Origin: Dictyostelium discoideum
Taxonomy: Eukaryota
Direction of reading: 5' to 3'
NCBI GenBank assembly: GCA_000004695.1
Contig: CM000153.2
Location: forward strand, 2,976,001 to 3,040,000
Length of the DNA stretch: 64,000 nt
Under the pieces are notes generated by a model. It saw nothing but the letters and a program-made list of their open reading frames with translations. It was not told the origin of the DNA and made no database searches. Shown here piece after piece: positions 1 to 14,905 of this stretch (positions are counted from its first letter, which is position 1; every line of letters begins with the position of its first letter). The position numbers were made by a program, and so were the translations under genes.

Positions 1-333
1 CAAAAAAAAAAAAGAATAAAAATAAAAATAAAAATAAAAAAAAAAATAAATAATAAAATTTTTTTTTTGATAATAAATAAAAATAAAAATAAAAATAAAA
101 ATAAAAATATTAAAAGTGATATTGGTTAAAACAAAGGTAGAGGTTGTGTTGTGTTATCGATGAGAAAAAAAAAAAAAAAAAAAAAAAAAAATAAAATAAA
201 AAAAAAATTATATTTGTGTTTTTTTTTTTTTGTTTTTTTTTATTATTTTTTTTATTTTTTTATTTTTTTTTTTTTTTTTGTCAGTTATGATTTTGGGAGG
301 GCATATTTTTTTTTTTTTTTGATACAATTATGA

Positions 334-387
<54 letters not shown>

Positions 388-487
388 NNNNNNNNNNNNN
401 NNNNNNNNNNNNNNNNNNNNNNNNNNNNNNNNNNNNNNNNNNNNNNNNNNNNNNNNNNNNNNNNNNNNNNNNNNNNNNNNNNNNNNN
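388..487. other. assembly gap (100 N)
   Basis: A run of N flanked by poly-T and G-run low-complexity sequence. The sequence adjacent to the gap (e.g. ggggggggg at ~520) may be of low quality. Confidence 0.99.
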
Positions 488-579
488 AATTTTTTTTTTT
501 TTTTTGGCCGGTTAAAATTTGGGGGGGGGAAATTTTTTTTTTTTTTTTAACCAATAAAAAAAAAAAAGATTTTTATGGT

Positions 580-615
<36 letters not shown>

Positions 616-648
616 TGTGATGGGTTGCTTGGTTTTAATTTTGGAAAG

Positions 649-679
<31 letters not shown>

Positions 680-1350
680 ATATGCAACCTCTTTAAGGTG
701 AAAATCAACCTAAATTATTTCTAGTACTACTAGTAGTACTCTATATTACTGCCATACTTAATAAAAATTTTTTATATGATTGATTGATTGATTGATATAT
801 TATCTATTAGAGAGTGTGTGGTGGTGTTTTTGTGTGTGTGAGTGTGTGTGTTACCTCAAATCATCATTTTGAGGTGCAACACCTTTAACCTTAGCAAAAA
901 AGCTGCGATTTGGTCATAAAATCCTTTTAAAAAAATACCAAACAAAGGAAGATCTTAAAAAAAAAAAAAAAAAAAAAACTGGAAAAAAAAAAAAAAATAA
1001 TAAATAATTAAATAAATAAATAACCCGCGTCAAATTAACTAGTTTTTACAAATATTCTAAAATAAAAAAATATTACACACATTCCTTTAAACAACATCAT
1101 GATGGTGTACAAAATATTGGTTTCCTAAATATTAAGAAGAAACAAACATCAAGCTCCCCACCACTAATTATGGAGTGGGACCCCATTTTTAAAATGCAAT
1201 CACAATACTGCACAGATTGTACAACAGTTTTTGATTTTTTTTTTTTAGTATTCTTTATTTTATTATTTTTTATTTGTGAGATAATGATGATGATGAACTT
1301 ACTCTCTATAAATACCAAAACTGAGAAAATATTTTAGATGAGATATCATA

Positions 1351-1411
<61 letters not shown>

Positions 1412-1544
1412 TAATATTATAAAAAAAAATAATAATAATAAAAAAAAAAAATAATTAATAGAATAAAAATAATAATAAAAAATTGATCATATCAAATTTG
1501 ATAATAAAAAAAAAAAATAAACAAAACAAAAATAAAAAATTATT

Positions 1545-2560
<1,016 letters not shown>

Positions 2561-2585
2561 AAATAATTAAAAAATAAATTTTATA

Positions 2586-2650
2586 TCTATCTTTATCAAA
2601 TTGCTAATTTGAAATTCATTTTTTTGATCGTCTGTTAATAATTCCATTTT
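2586..2650 (-). pseudogene. ~65-bp fragment copying the 5' end (ATG + first 14 codons) of the EF-hand gene at 56493-56998
   Basis: tatctttatc...aatttgaaattcatttttttgatcgtctgttaataattccattttt is nearly identical to 56932-57005. On the minus strand it reads ATG GAA TTA TTA ACA GAC GAT CAA AAA AAT GAA TTT CAA ATT (MELLTDDQKNEFQI). It is then frameshifted by an indel relative to the parent and soon hits a stop. Confidence 0.7.
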
Positions 2651-2989
2651 TATTTAATATTTGTACATATAAAATATGTTAAAAAACATCCATTTTGATA
2701 TTTTTAATTTAATTTAATTTTTTTTTTTTAAAAGAGTAAATAAAATTATTTTTTTTTTTTGTTGGAATTCAAAGAATCATCTGAAAAATAAAAAATACAA
2801 AGATATTTAACTAGAAATGATGCCAGTCAAGGATAATGAATAAGCGAGTGCAGCTAGGCCGCTAATCCAGTGAGGAAATAGAGAACGTCAGCTCATTTGG
2901 AGTAAGGAGGCAATAAAAAAAAATAGAAAAAAAAAAAGAAAATAGTATTAAAAAATTGATAAAAAAAAAAATATACAAAAAAAAAATAA

Positions 2990-3252
2990 AAATTATTAAT
3001 AATATTATTAATGTGGTATAATAAATAAAAATACAATAAATTATTTCAATTTTTTTAAATACCAATGGAAAAAAAAAAAAAATAAAAAAAATTTATTTTT
3101 ATTTTTAACTTCTTCATCTAGATTTGATTTCTATTTTTAACTTCCCCATCTTGAATTTATTAGCTCTGAAAAAAAAAAAAAAAAACTACATGCACCACGC
3201 TAGTTTCTTTCAAAAAAATAAAATAAATATAAAAATAAATAATAAGATTAAT

Positions 3253-3317
<65 letters not shown>

Positions 3318-3342
3318 ATTATTAATTTAATTATTATTTTTT

Positions 3343-3379
<37 letters not shown>

Positions 3380-3900
3380 AAAAGATACACCTCAAAAACA
3401 TTTCAGTTGACTGTATTAACTTTGTTGTGATATTATTTTCATATTTTTTTATCATAAATGAAATTATTAAGAAACTCACTGATTGAACGTTTCTAGATTT
3501 TAAAATAATATAAAAAAATGAATTCAAATAATTAGTTCTTATTTTGAAAATGAAAAAAAAGTGGAATTTAATTAATTAAATTTTTTTTTTATTTTTTTTT
3601 ATTTTTTTTTTTTGGAAATGATTGGCTATGGCCCAAATGGAAAATAAAAAAGGAAAAAAATTAAAATAAGAATTTTTTCATTTCATAAAGATAATGATTG
3701 ACTCAACCCAATTATTGTTTAATATTTTAAACTTAAATTTATAATAAAAAAAAAAAAAAAAAAAAAAAAGAAAAAAAATAAAATTAAAAAATAAAATAAA
3801 ATAAAAATAAAAAATTAAGTTGTAATGTGTTATCAAAAATTTTTTATTTTTTTATTGGGGTAAAAAAAAAAAAAAAATAAAAAAAAAATAATTAAAAATT
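2990..3900. repeat. copy B of the tandemly duplicated ~1-kb non-coding element
   Basis: See copy A. In this copy the internal microsatellite is (AAC)n at 3254-3318 instead of (ATT)n. Confidence 0.8.
3254..3318. repeat. (AAC)n microsatellite
   Basis: Direct reading shows aacaacaac of ~21 units. Confidence 0.95.
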
Positions 3901-5195
3901 AAAAACACACATTAGTTGGGATTTCAGATAATAATAAAATTTTTTTTACATTAATAACTGTTACAGATAATTTATTTAATTTTGAATTAAATTTATTTTT
4001 TTAATAATTTTTTCAAAAACTATTTAAGAGACAAAATTTTTTTATTTTGTTATTCAAAAATGTCAAATAAATAAAAAAAAAAAAAAAAAAATAAAAAAAA
4101 ATTTAATAAGTTTTAAAATGGTATAGTTTTAATAAAAAAAAAAAAAAAACCACTATCATTAGTAGTAAAAAAAAAATAAAAAATAAAAAAAAAAAAAATA
4201 AAAAAAAATAATAATAAGCTATACCATGGGACTTAGAGAAAATAAAAAAGTTTAAAAAAAAAATAAAAAATAATAAAAAATAAAAAAAAAATAAAAAAAA
4301 AAACTTTTAAAACTCTCCTTCTACTTTTTGGTGCTTCTGTTAAGCTAATGCTAAGGTGTCTCTCTCCCCCTTTGCTTTGCATTACTCTCCTCAAGCTCAG
4401 ATAATCTCGAGCTCCACTAACGATGCTCCTCAAGTATCCTCAGGGTTAATCCATCACATTCCTATGCAACTCTCTCAAATGTATAAGCAGTCTTTAACAA
4501 AAAAAAATATTTAAAAAAAAAAAAAAAAGAAAAAAAAAAAATATTAAAATATTTTTTTTAAAATCAATTTTAAATATAAATAATAATGTTTTTTTTTTTT
4601 TTATAAAAAAAAGAAAGAAAAAAAGAAAAAAAAAAAAAAAAGAAAAAAAGAATTTAAAAAAAAAAAAAAAAATAGAAAAAAAAAAGTTAAAGATGTAATG
4701 GTAAAACCAAAGTAGAATGGAAATCCAAAAAAAGATCTTTATAAATTGCCACTATAATCAATGTATAGATATTGTTCCGTCTGTGTGTATGCTGTTAGGT
4801 CCAGTTTGCTCTTTAGTTACTTTAATTTAAATCTATATTGTAATTTTTATAAAAAAAAAAAAAAGAAAAAAAAAAACAAAAAAAAAAAGAAAAAAGAAAA
4901 AATAATAATAATAATAATAATAATAATACAATAAATTTAAATAAAAATAAAGAATAAACCTTATAGTGGGTTTACCAATTTATAAAAAAAATATTTACAT
5001 ATGCTTTTTATTTTTTATCTCTTTTTTTATATTTTCAGTTTTTTTATCAACTCGATTGACCACTAAAAAAAAATAAAAATATAATAAAAAAAAATAAAAA
5101 AATAAAAATTAAAAATATAAATTTTAAAAAAAACAATGATATTACTATTTTAGATAATGAAATGTTTAATTTATTAATTTTGTATAAATATTTAT

Positions 5196-6039
5196 TTATT
5201 GAGTATTATCTTCATTATTGTCATCATCTGTTGGTTGTTTTTTATCATAAAATGGTTGAAATTCATCTCTGAATTTTAAGGTTTCGGATGTTTCAATTTC
5301 TTTTGTTTTTACACAATCTTTCCAATTTAATTTCTCTGGTATACCTAATAAATCTACCATCACTTTTCTTCCATATTGGAAATCTGGTTTTGATATAACA
5401 CTATAAATTTGCTCACTATTTGGTAAGAAAACTAAATAATATGGTTTATCTTTTAATTCCTAAATAAATAAAAAATAAAATATTAATAAAATTGTTGGGA
5501 TTAAAATTAACTATTTTTTTTTTTTTTTTTTTTTTTTAAAACATTACTTTTCCAGAATTTTCATCATTTTTAAAATCATTAAATTCCATATTATATTTTT
5601 TAGTTAAAGGATGATCAATGAATGATTGCTTTACAGTTGATGATAATTCTTTTGGTATTGGTATAACTTGAAGATGACCATGTAAATCTGTACCACCTTT
5701 TGTACTGATACTTCTTTCAAATATAACTATATCTTGATTGTATTTATCCAAGAAATATTCTCTAAGATAATCAATCATTAAATTAACATCTTTTCTTTCC
5801 TCTTCATTCAATGACATGAAATTTGGTTTATGTTCTGTGAAAACAATCAATAAATTATGTTCAACCATACCACCTTTTGGAAATGCTAAATAACATTCAT
5901 CACCAATTGTAACAATTAAATGACTATCAACTTCTGGTGATGATAAACAAAACCAACAACTTTGATCTTGATGTTTTTGTTTTAGTTGTTGTTGTTGTTG
6001 TTGTTGATTATTAATTCTTTTATTATAATTATTATTATA

Positions 6040-6135
<96 letters not shown>

Positions 6136-7415
6136 TCTATTATTGTTATTATTATAATTATTATTTGTATTATTAAAAAAGAAATTTGTTTGTTGTTCGT
6201 CAGAATTTCTTTGTTTTTTTGAGACATGTTCATCAAGTTCTCTTTGTTTTCTTTCGAATGGATTTGGTGTTATGTCATCCTTATTAATATCTTTATTTGG
6301 GTTATAACTCATTGCAAATAAATACTGTAAAGAATAAATTTAAAAAAGTAAGAATAATTTTAATTTATAAAAAAAAAACAAAACAAATAATTGAAAAAAT
6401 GATTTTTTTTAAATTACTTACTTTTTCTTTTTTATCATTATTAATTGGTGCTAAAGAAAGGAATCTTGTTGGTTGTGGATTTTTATTTTTTAAAGTTGGT
6501 GTATTGTAATAAGGTGCTCTTTGAAAGTAAAATGAATTCTTTGAAAAGTGATAAGCTGGTGTTAATGCTTGTGATACTAATTTAACACCATCAATACCAA
6601 TTTTATAAGGTGTTTTTAAAAATGTTGGTATACCACTTGTAACATTATTTAATACACCTCTTGACCATTGATTACTTAATAATATATCTATTCTTTTATC
6701 TTCACCTTCTTTTATAATATTATCAATTTCTGATTTTATAATTGTATTTTCTTCCTATATATATATATATATATAAATCAATTGGATAAATTAATAATAA
6801 TTTAGAATGATAATAAAACATATATTTATAAGCGGTATACAAACTTACATTTGATTGAATTTTAATTGGATAATCAATTTTACCAGAAAGATAAGCAATA
6901 TTTAAATTTGAAATATTTTTAATTCCGCATTTACCTAAATAAGTGATACCTTTACATAACTCACCTGTTTCTTTATTAACAAATTTTTTAATATATTTAA
7001 AATCTGATTGACTATATGCAATGAAGTAAGTTGGTATTGGTACATTTTCAATTTCGTCTTTATATGGTTGTAATTCTTTTGGAAATGTTAATTCATTTTC
7101 ATCTTTATCATCTGAATTATTATTATTATTATTATTGTTATTGTTATCATTATCATTATTATTTTCATCTTTATCATCTGCATCATTACTATTGTTATTA
7201 TTTTCATTACTAATATTAGTTGTTGGGTGGTATGGTTCAAAAAATGAACCTACACATAATAATAATGAAAAAGGTCCATTTGATTTATTAACTGTTGAAA
7301 CTCTTTTAAAAAGAGCATTAAAACTTCCACCTATATCACCACAAACCAATCTGTTATTTATTAAAAAAAAGAATTAGGATTTAAAAAAAAAAAAAAAAAA
7401 AAAAATATCTGTTAA

Positions 7416-7448
<33 letters not shown>

Positions 7449-7478
7449 CAATTGACTTACATTTTATGTGTCTCCATT
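5196..7478 (-). CDS. cwf19l1: CWF19-like protein 1 (cell-cycle control/splicing factor; N-terminal metallophosphatase-like domain plus CwfJ_C_1/C_2 domains), multi-exon
   Basis: Minus-strand exons:
- 17-nt first exon ATGGAGACACATAAAAT at 7478 with a GTAAGT donor. After an intron of ~90 bp it joins ATTGGTTTGTGGTGATATAGG, giving MKILVCGDIGGSF... which aligns to human CWF19L1 N-term (LLACGDVEGKF).
- Exon 7349-~6850: VCGDIGGSFNALF...LLLCVGSFF...ITYLGKCG.
- Exon ~6750-6420: ...TPAYHFSKNSFYFQRAPYYN is approximately human RYHFAALEKTYYERLPYRN.
- Exon 6312-~5545: CWFCLSSPEVDSHLIVTIGDECYLAFPKGGMVEHNLLIVFTEHKPNFMSLNEEE is a HIT-like CwfJ domain; it contains a (AAT)n-encoded poly-Asn insert.
- Last exon ~5459-5196, stop TAA at 5196-5198.
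Introns are AT-rich with GTAAGT/GTATAC donors. Confidence 0.85.
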
Positions 7479-7690
7479 GATAGATATTCTCAAAGTGTGA
7501 AATATTTTAAAATTAAAAAAAAAAAAAGAAAATCAAAAAAAAGTAAAAAATTGAGGTTTGTTGAAAAAAAAAAAAAAAAAATATATATTTTTTTTCAACA
7601 AACTAAATCCATATTGAAACAATGTTTATTTATAGAACACTCAAAAATACACAAAATTATATAAAATATAAAAAAAATGAATGTAACCAT

Positions 7691-7723
<33 letters not shown>

Positions 7724-7965
7724 TTTAATTATTCACCAAACATTCAAAAAAAAAAAAAAAAAAAAAAAAACTAATTTTAAAACATCAATTTGTGTCGTTC
7801 CTCAAAATAAAAAAACAATTACAAAAATGAAAGATAAATTAAATTCTAAAAATAAAATTTTTGATTAGGAAAAACAAAAAAAAAATTTTATTGGTTCCGT
7901 TTTTTTGTCTTTATGTTTATCTAATATTCTTTTTAATTTAATTATGATGGTTATATTGTCATGAG

Positions 7966-7996
<31 letters not shown>

Positions 7997-8122
7997 TGGA
8001 TGAGATTCATATTATAATCATTTTTATAAATTAATTTTAATTATGGAAATTATTTAAGTAAAAAAAAAAAAAAAAAAATGTTTCGTTTCGTGAAATTTTA
8101 ACTAAAAAAAAAAAAATAAAAA

Positions 8123-8158
<36 letters not shown>

Positions 8159-8230
8159 TTTTTCATTTTTATTTTTTTTTTTGTGCGTAGGATAGAAAAA
8201 AACGTCAAAATTCCTTTTATTTATAAATAA

Positions 8231-10444
<2,214 letters not shown>

Positions 10445-11081
10445 ATAAATTAATAAATTTTAAAAATAAAATAAAATATTTTAATTTAATATATTAAATG
10501 TTTATAAAATTTAAACAAAAAAAAAAAAAACAGGAATTTAGTTTTTTTTTTTAAGCGTTTGGTTTGTTTTTTATTTTTTATTTTGCATCTTTTTTTTGAT
10601 TTTGATTTGTAATAATAAAGAGCTACAATTGGTTATAGTTTACAGCAGGTACAACCGATGGTCTAGGTGGATTTGATTTCACACAAAATGTTACTATTGC
10701 AACATTTGAAAAATATCAAATTCAAAGATACAAACCGACATCCACTGTCTCAGACCTCATACATTAGGGACCTATCAAAAAGAATTAGGTAAATGCAAAA
10801 GAAAATACATTCCAACTTTAACACCATATCAAAGGTTTTTCAAATAATTATTGTAGATTAATAAATTAAATATATATAGTGGGGTGATGCATCATACATT
10901 GTAATGATTTAATTATTTATGGGATTATTATAAATTTAAATTTTCATTTTCATTATTTGATTCATTCAATGATATCTTTTTCAATTCCTTACCCATATCA
11001 TTTTTAAAATTTATTAAAACTTAAAAGAAAAGTCATATTAAATTTGATACCTAAACAAAACATTTTATAAATTTTTTATAC

Positions 11082-12608
11082 TTATTTATATTTTAATGGA
11101 ATATCTGTTTGTGAATTGTGGAATTCAAAATGATCTTTGAAGTCAATATCTCCAGATGTTCCATCAATAGTACATACTACCCAAAATCTTGCACCAGTTT
11201 GTCGAGTGTTTGGGATACATCTTTCAAATAATGTTGAGGTTTCATGGGCAATTGTAAGCTTGGCACCTGATTGAGCTATTTCTCCTTCAGTTGAGAAATT
11301 ATGAACTGCATAAACATATTTACAACCATCTAAACGTATAATACTTATGGTTTCGGGACCAAAACCATTTTGAGTATCAGCTTCCAAGGACATTTTATCT
11401 ACACTCCTACCCCCGAAATAAACATGACTAATAGAACCATTAGGATGAATACACCACATATGAGAATCCAAATCCAGTGGTGATTCCCCCCAAGCTAAAA
11501 CGAAATCCATTTCTTTAGGCTTTTTAGGTCTACCGACATTTTGATGGCTTGAAGTGGTTCTTACAGAGTCATGTATAATCATTTTAAACTTTAAAGGTAA
11601 TAAATTACTCTTATTGGGTTTAATGATAACCTCAAATGTACCATCCAAGAGGTTTAGAGGAAGATCAGCATCACCTTGTGTAACACTGCCAGTAAACATA
11701 TTTCTACCACCATACATCAATTCAATAGTACCATCTATAGGTTCACTAAGAGGTGTTTTAATCATAAACTTTTTGGGAAGTATAATGCTTTCAGGTGGAT
11801 TGACATTAACCAATGATTTTAAGACTTCTCTTTGGCCAGATTCATCAAATATAGTTACTACATACTCTCCATAACTTGAAATATCATATGGATTTGGAAC
11901 ATTTGGTATTATTGCAATACAGTTCTTTGATTCATCATAAACTTGAGAAAAAACAACATCATCACTTGGTCCATCACAAGAAGATGGAAGAGAAACTGGC
12001 TTGCCTCTTCCTTTTGGTAAATTTGGTAGTAATGTGGCATCATATAAAGAAGGCACTTCACCAGTTAATTTTGGAATTGAGTTGGCACCAACACATGTTG
12101 GATCAATGATTGGGATTCTCTTTGATTGAGGTGATGGATTCAATATTTTATTTTGTGTTGCTGGTGATAAATTTGAAAAGTTATTTGTAGGTGGTTTGGT
12201 AACTTTCATTTGCTCAACTAGTTGTAACAATGAATTACTGAGAAGATCAATTTTACTTTTCATTTGTATGATATCTCTTTGGGTCTCAAGTGATTCTCTA
12301 CCTGTTGATGTTGGTGCATTTGAAGTATTGCCAGGTACTGGGTTTGGACTTGGGTTTGGGCTTGGGTTTGGAGTTGAGCCTGGATTATCTACAACACCAG
12401 AACCTTGTATTTCTTTAAGTTTTTTTTGAAATTTCCAAGGTACTGATAAAGTTTCATAATCTTTTTGTTCAAATAAAACAAAATCATCACCAGTGACTTG
12501 ATTTATTTTAAAACTATTAATGATGTTTGAATATTCATCACCAAGTGATGAATGTAAATATTTACACAGTTGATCACAAGATAGAGATGATATGGATCCT
12601 AACCTCAT
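11082..12608 (-). CDS. 508-aa protein with an N-terminal SAM-like domain, a Pro/Ser/Asn-rich linker, and a C-terminal TerD-like (tellurite-resistance/CABP1-type) domain
   Basis: It is a single long ORF. The N-term LGSISSLSCDQLCKYLHSSLGDEYSNIINSFKINQVTGDDFVLFEQKDY has a SAM-like helix-bundle pattern. (NPSP)n repeats are encoded by gggtttgggcttggg on the plus strand. The C-term VLAWGESPLDLDSHMWCIHPNGSISHVYFGGRSVDKMSLEADTQNGFGPETISIIRLDGCKYVYAVHNFS parallels TerD GLGWDA..DLDASAF..DGSVxHxGDNxTGEGDGDDExIxVDL..VP..VDKIVFVVTIH. The existence of the CDS is firm. The domain calls come from motif memory, not from a search. Confidence 0.7.
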   Translation of the reverse strand: MRLGSISSLSCDQLCKYLHSSLGDEYSNIINSFKINQVTGDDFVLFEQKDYETLSVPWKFQKKLKEIQGSGVVDNPGSTPNPSPNPSPNPVPGNTSNAPTSTGRESLETQRDIIQMKSKIDLLSNSLLQLVEQMKVTKPPTNNFSNLSPATQNKILNPSPQSKRIPIIDPTCVGANSIPKLTGEVPSLYDATLLPNLPKGRGKPVSLPSSCDGPSDDVVFSQVYDESKNCIAIIPNVPNPYDISSYGEYVVTIFDESGQREVLKSLVNVNPPESIILPKKFMIKTPLSEPIDGTIELMYGGRNMFTGSVTQGDADLPLNLLDGTFEVIIKPNKSNLLPLKFKMIIHDSVRTTSSHQNVGRPKKPKEMDFVLAWGESPLDLDSHMWCIHPNGSISHVYFGGRSVDKMSLEADTQNGFGPETISIIRLDGCKYVYAVHNFSTEGEIAQSGAKLTIAHETSTLFERCIPNTRQTGARFWVVCTIDGTSGDIDFKDHFEFHNSQTDIPLKYK

Positions 12609-13289
12609 TGTTTAAACGCAACAATTAAATTAAAAAACGTTTTTATAAAAATTTATATAAAAAATGATTGGTGTGAAAGAATGTGTATTATTAAATATTA
12701 AAAAAAAAAAAAAAAAAAATATTATAAAAAAATTTAATTACCTTTTTCTTAAATTTTTTTTTTGTAAAAATTTAAGTTGAACTCATTTTGAAAAAAAAAA
12801 ATTGATTTAATAAAAAAAATAAAATAAAAATTATTAAAAAATTTAAAATCAAACAAAGTTATGGGGAAGGGGGGTATGAAAATGTTATTATTAGCTTTTT
12901 TGGGTATTTTATGTGAATCACTTACTAATCTTAAATATATATATTTTAATATATTTTTTGGTGATGTCTTTTTATGTTTGGGGTTGTGCAAAATTGTAGA
13001 CGCTTACACTAGTTTTAACTATTATTTTAATTTTAATACCACTTGTTTAAGTTATTATGTAAAAAAAAAATAAAAATAAAAATAAAAAAATACACCAAAA
13101 CAGTAAAAAAAAAAAAAAAATTCCAAAATTTTCATAGATTAATCAATTGTGTTTTTGAATTAGTTTAGGTTTAGGTTTAATTTTGAATGGGATATTATTG
13201 AATTTGGATTTGGAAATAGTATTAAATCAATATGTTCTTTGAAACAACATCCAATGGGTGGGAGTCTAGATAATTTCTTGTTAACAATC

Positions 13290-13505
13290 TCAGAAGTAAC
13301 TTTTATTTGGATTTGGAGCGCTTTGAAAACCAAATGAATAATGTTTAGCGATTTTAGCATGTTTCACAAAGTTTAAGACGTAGATTATCAACTGATCCAT
13401 ATGCTTTTCTGGCTCTTCTCTCTTCAACATTTTTTTCAACTGTGTTTTAATGGCAAAGAAAATTAATGCTAAAAATATTATAATTGCAACAATTCCAATA
13501 TTCAT
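13290..13505 (-). CDS. possible small (71 aa) single-pass membrane protein ORF
   Basis: ATG at 13505. The N-terminal hydrophobic helix NIGIVAIIIFLALIFFAIK is followed by a charged tail. There is no homology that I recognise. Chance ORFs of this size do occur in AT-rich DNA. Confidence 0.3.
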   Translation of the reverse strand: MNIGIVAIIIFLALIFFAIKTQLKKMLKREEPEKHMDQLIIYVLNFVKHAKIAKHYSFGFQSAPNPNKSYF

Positions 13506-14905
13506 TTCATTTGGAAATCCTGATGATTTATTTTCACTGTAACTAATTGTTGATTCATCTTATAAAATAAAATAAATAATAAAATAATAAATAAATAAAT
13601 AAATAAAATTAGTATCAATTAGCAACAGTAATAAATAAATAATGGTAGAGATAGAGAGAGAGATTTATAGGTATTTATAACTTTGATTTTAATTGGGAAA
13701 TTTCAGCAATAAACTATTGACCATCAACAGAGATACTGATATTGAATTTAGTATTAGTGTAATTATAATACTATTAATGATATTATTAATAATAATAATA
13801 CTATTAATGATATTAATAATAATAATAATACTACTAATAATAATATTATTAATAATAAAAATATTGACAATATTAATAATAATAAAGTAAAAGATGATTC
13901 AGAGGATTCAAATATTTATAATATACTAAATAGAATTGAAATAGATATATCAATTACATCAAATGATGTAACTAAACCACTTTTAACACCAGATGGAAAT
14001 AATAAAATACAACCAATTCAATCAAATCCTAATAATTATAGTACCATTCAATTTCCAAAATCAAATGTATATAAAACCAAATCAACCTCAAAATAACCTA
14101 ATGAGTTTAAAATATTATGACGTTGTAAATAATACTAATTCACCTATAGAATATAAAGAAGAAGAAAATGAAGAAACAGAATCTTTTCATTATTCCCAAT
14201 TAGATAAAAAAACAAAAAATAAATTGTTGCTCTCTTTTTAGTTTTAATTATTATTATGCTTTTAATACCGCTTATTGAACTTATTGTATAAAAAAAATGA
14301 AATTAAAAAAAATAAAAATGAAAAAAATATTCCCCTTTGTTCTCAAAATAAAAAAAATAATAGAAAATAAAAAAGAAATAATAGTTATGTGATAAAAAAA
14401 AAATAGATCGGCATTTAGGTACAATCATAAACCAAGATCATCCAATAAGAATTAAATTTTATTAAAATTAATTTATTTTATAAATCAATCCAAAAAGAAA
14501 TAAAAAAAAAAAATAAAAAATAAAATTCCATTTTTTTTTATTTTTTTTTTTTATAATTTTCATAGATTAATCGATTGTGTTTTCTTTTATATTTTTTATT
14601 CATTTTATTCCATTTAATTCTATTATTCAGTTCTATTGAAAACTCAAAGATATTTTTTTTTAAAAAAAAATTAAAATAAAGATATTTTTTTTTAAATTTA
14701 AAAAAAACACGTCAAAAAATCTACTATAAAATCTTTTTTTTTTTTATTTTTTTTTTTTTTGAAAAAGTAGAAATCTAAATTTTATGTTTTTTTTATTAAA
14801 ATATAATATAATTTAATATAAAAATAAATAATTTTAAAATAAATTAGAAAGAGACAAAATACTAAAATAAAAAACAATAAAAAAAAAAAAAAAAAAAAAA
14901 AAAAA

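Noticed and set aside
151-554. ORFs of 60-89 aa made of poly-Lys/Phe/Ile runs around the first gap
   Set aside because: They are translations of poly-A/poly-T homopolymers and N runs. They have no complexity.
4233-4433. 66-aa ORF in a GC-richer patch
   Set aside because: It ends in a poly-Phe homopolymer translation and has no gene-like context. The patch is more plausibly non-coding (mentioned under the 5-kb repeat finding).
5982-6236. Poly-Ile ORFs on both strands
   Set aside because: They are readings of the (ATT)n/(AAT)n tract that encodes poly-Asn inside the CWF19L1 exon.
12749-13073. 70-80-aa ORFs on both strands in the spacer upstream of the SAM/TerD gene
   Set aside because: They are Phe/Ile/Lys-rich low-complexity ORFs with no splice or start context.
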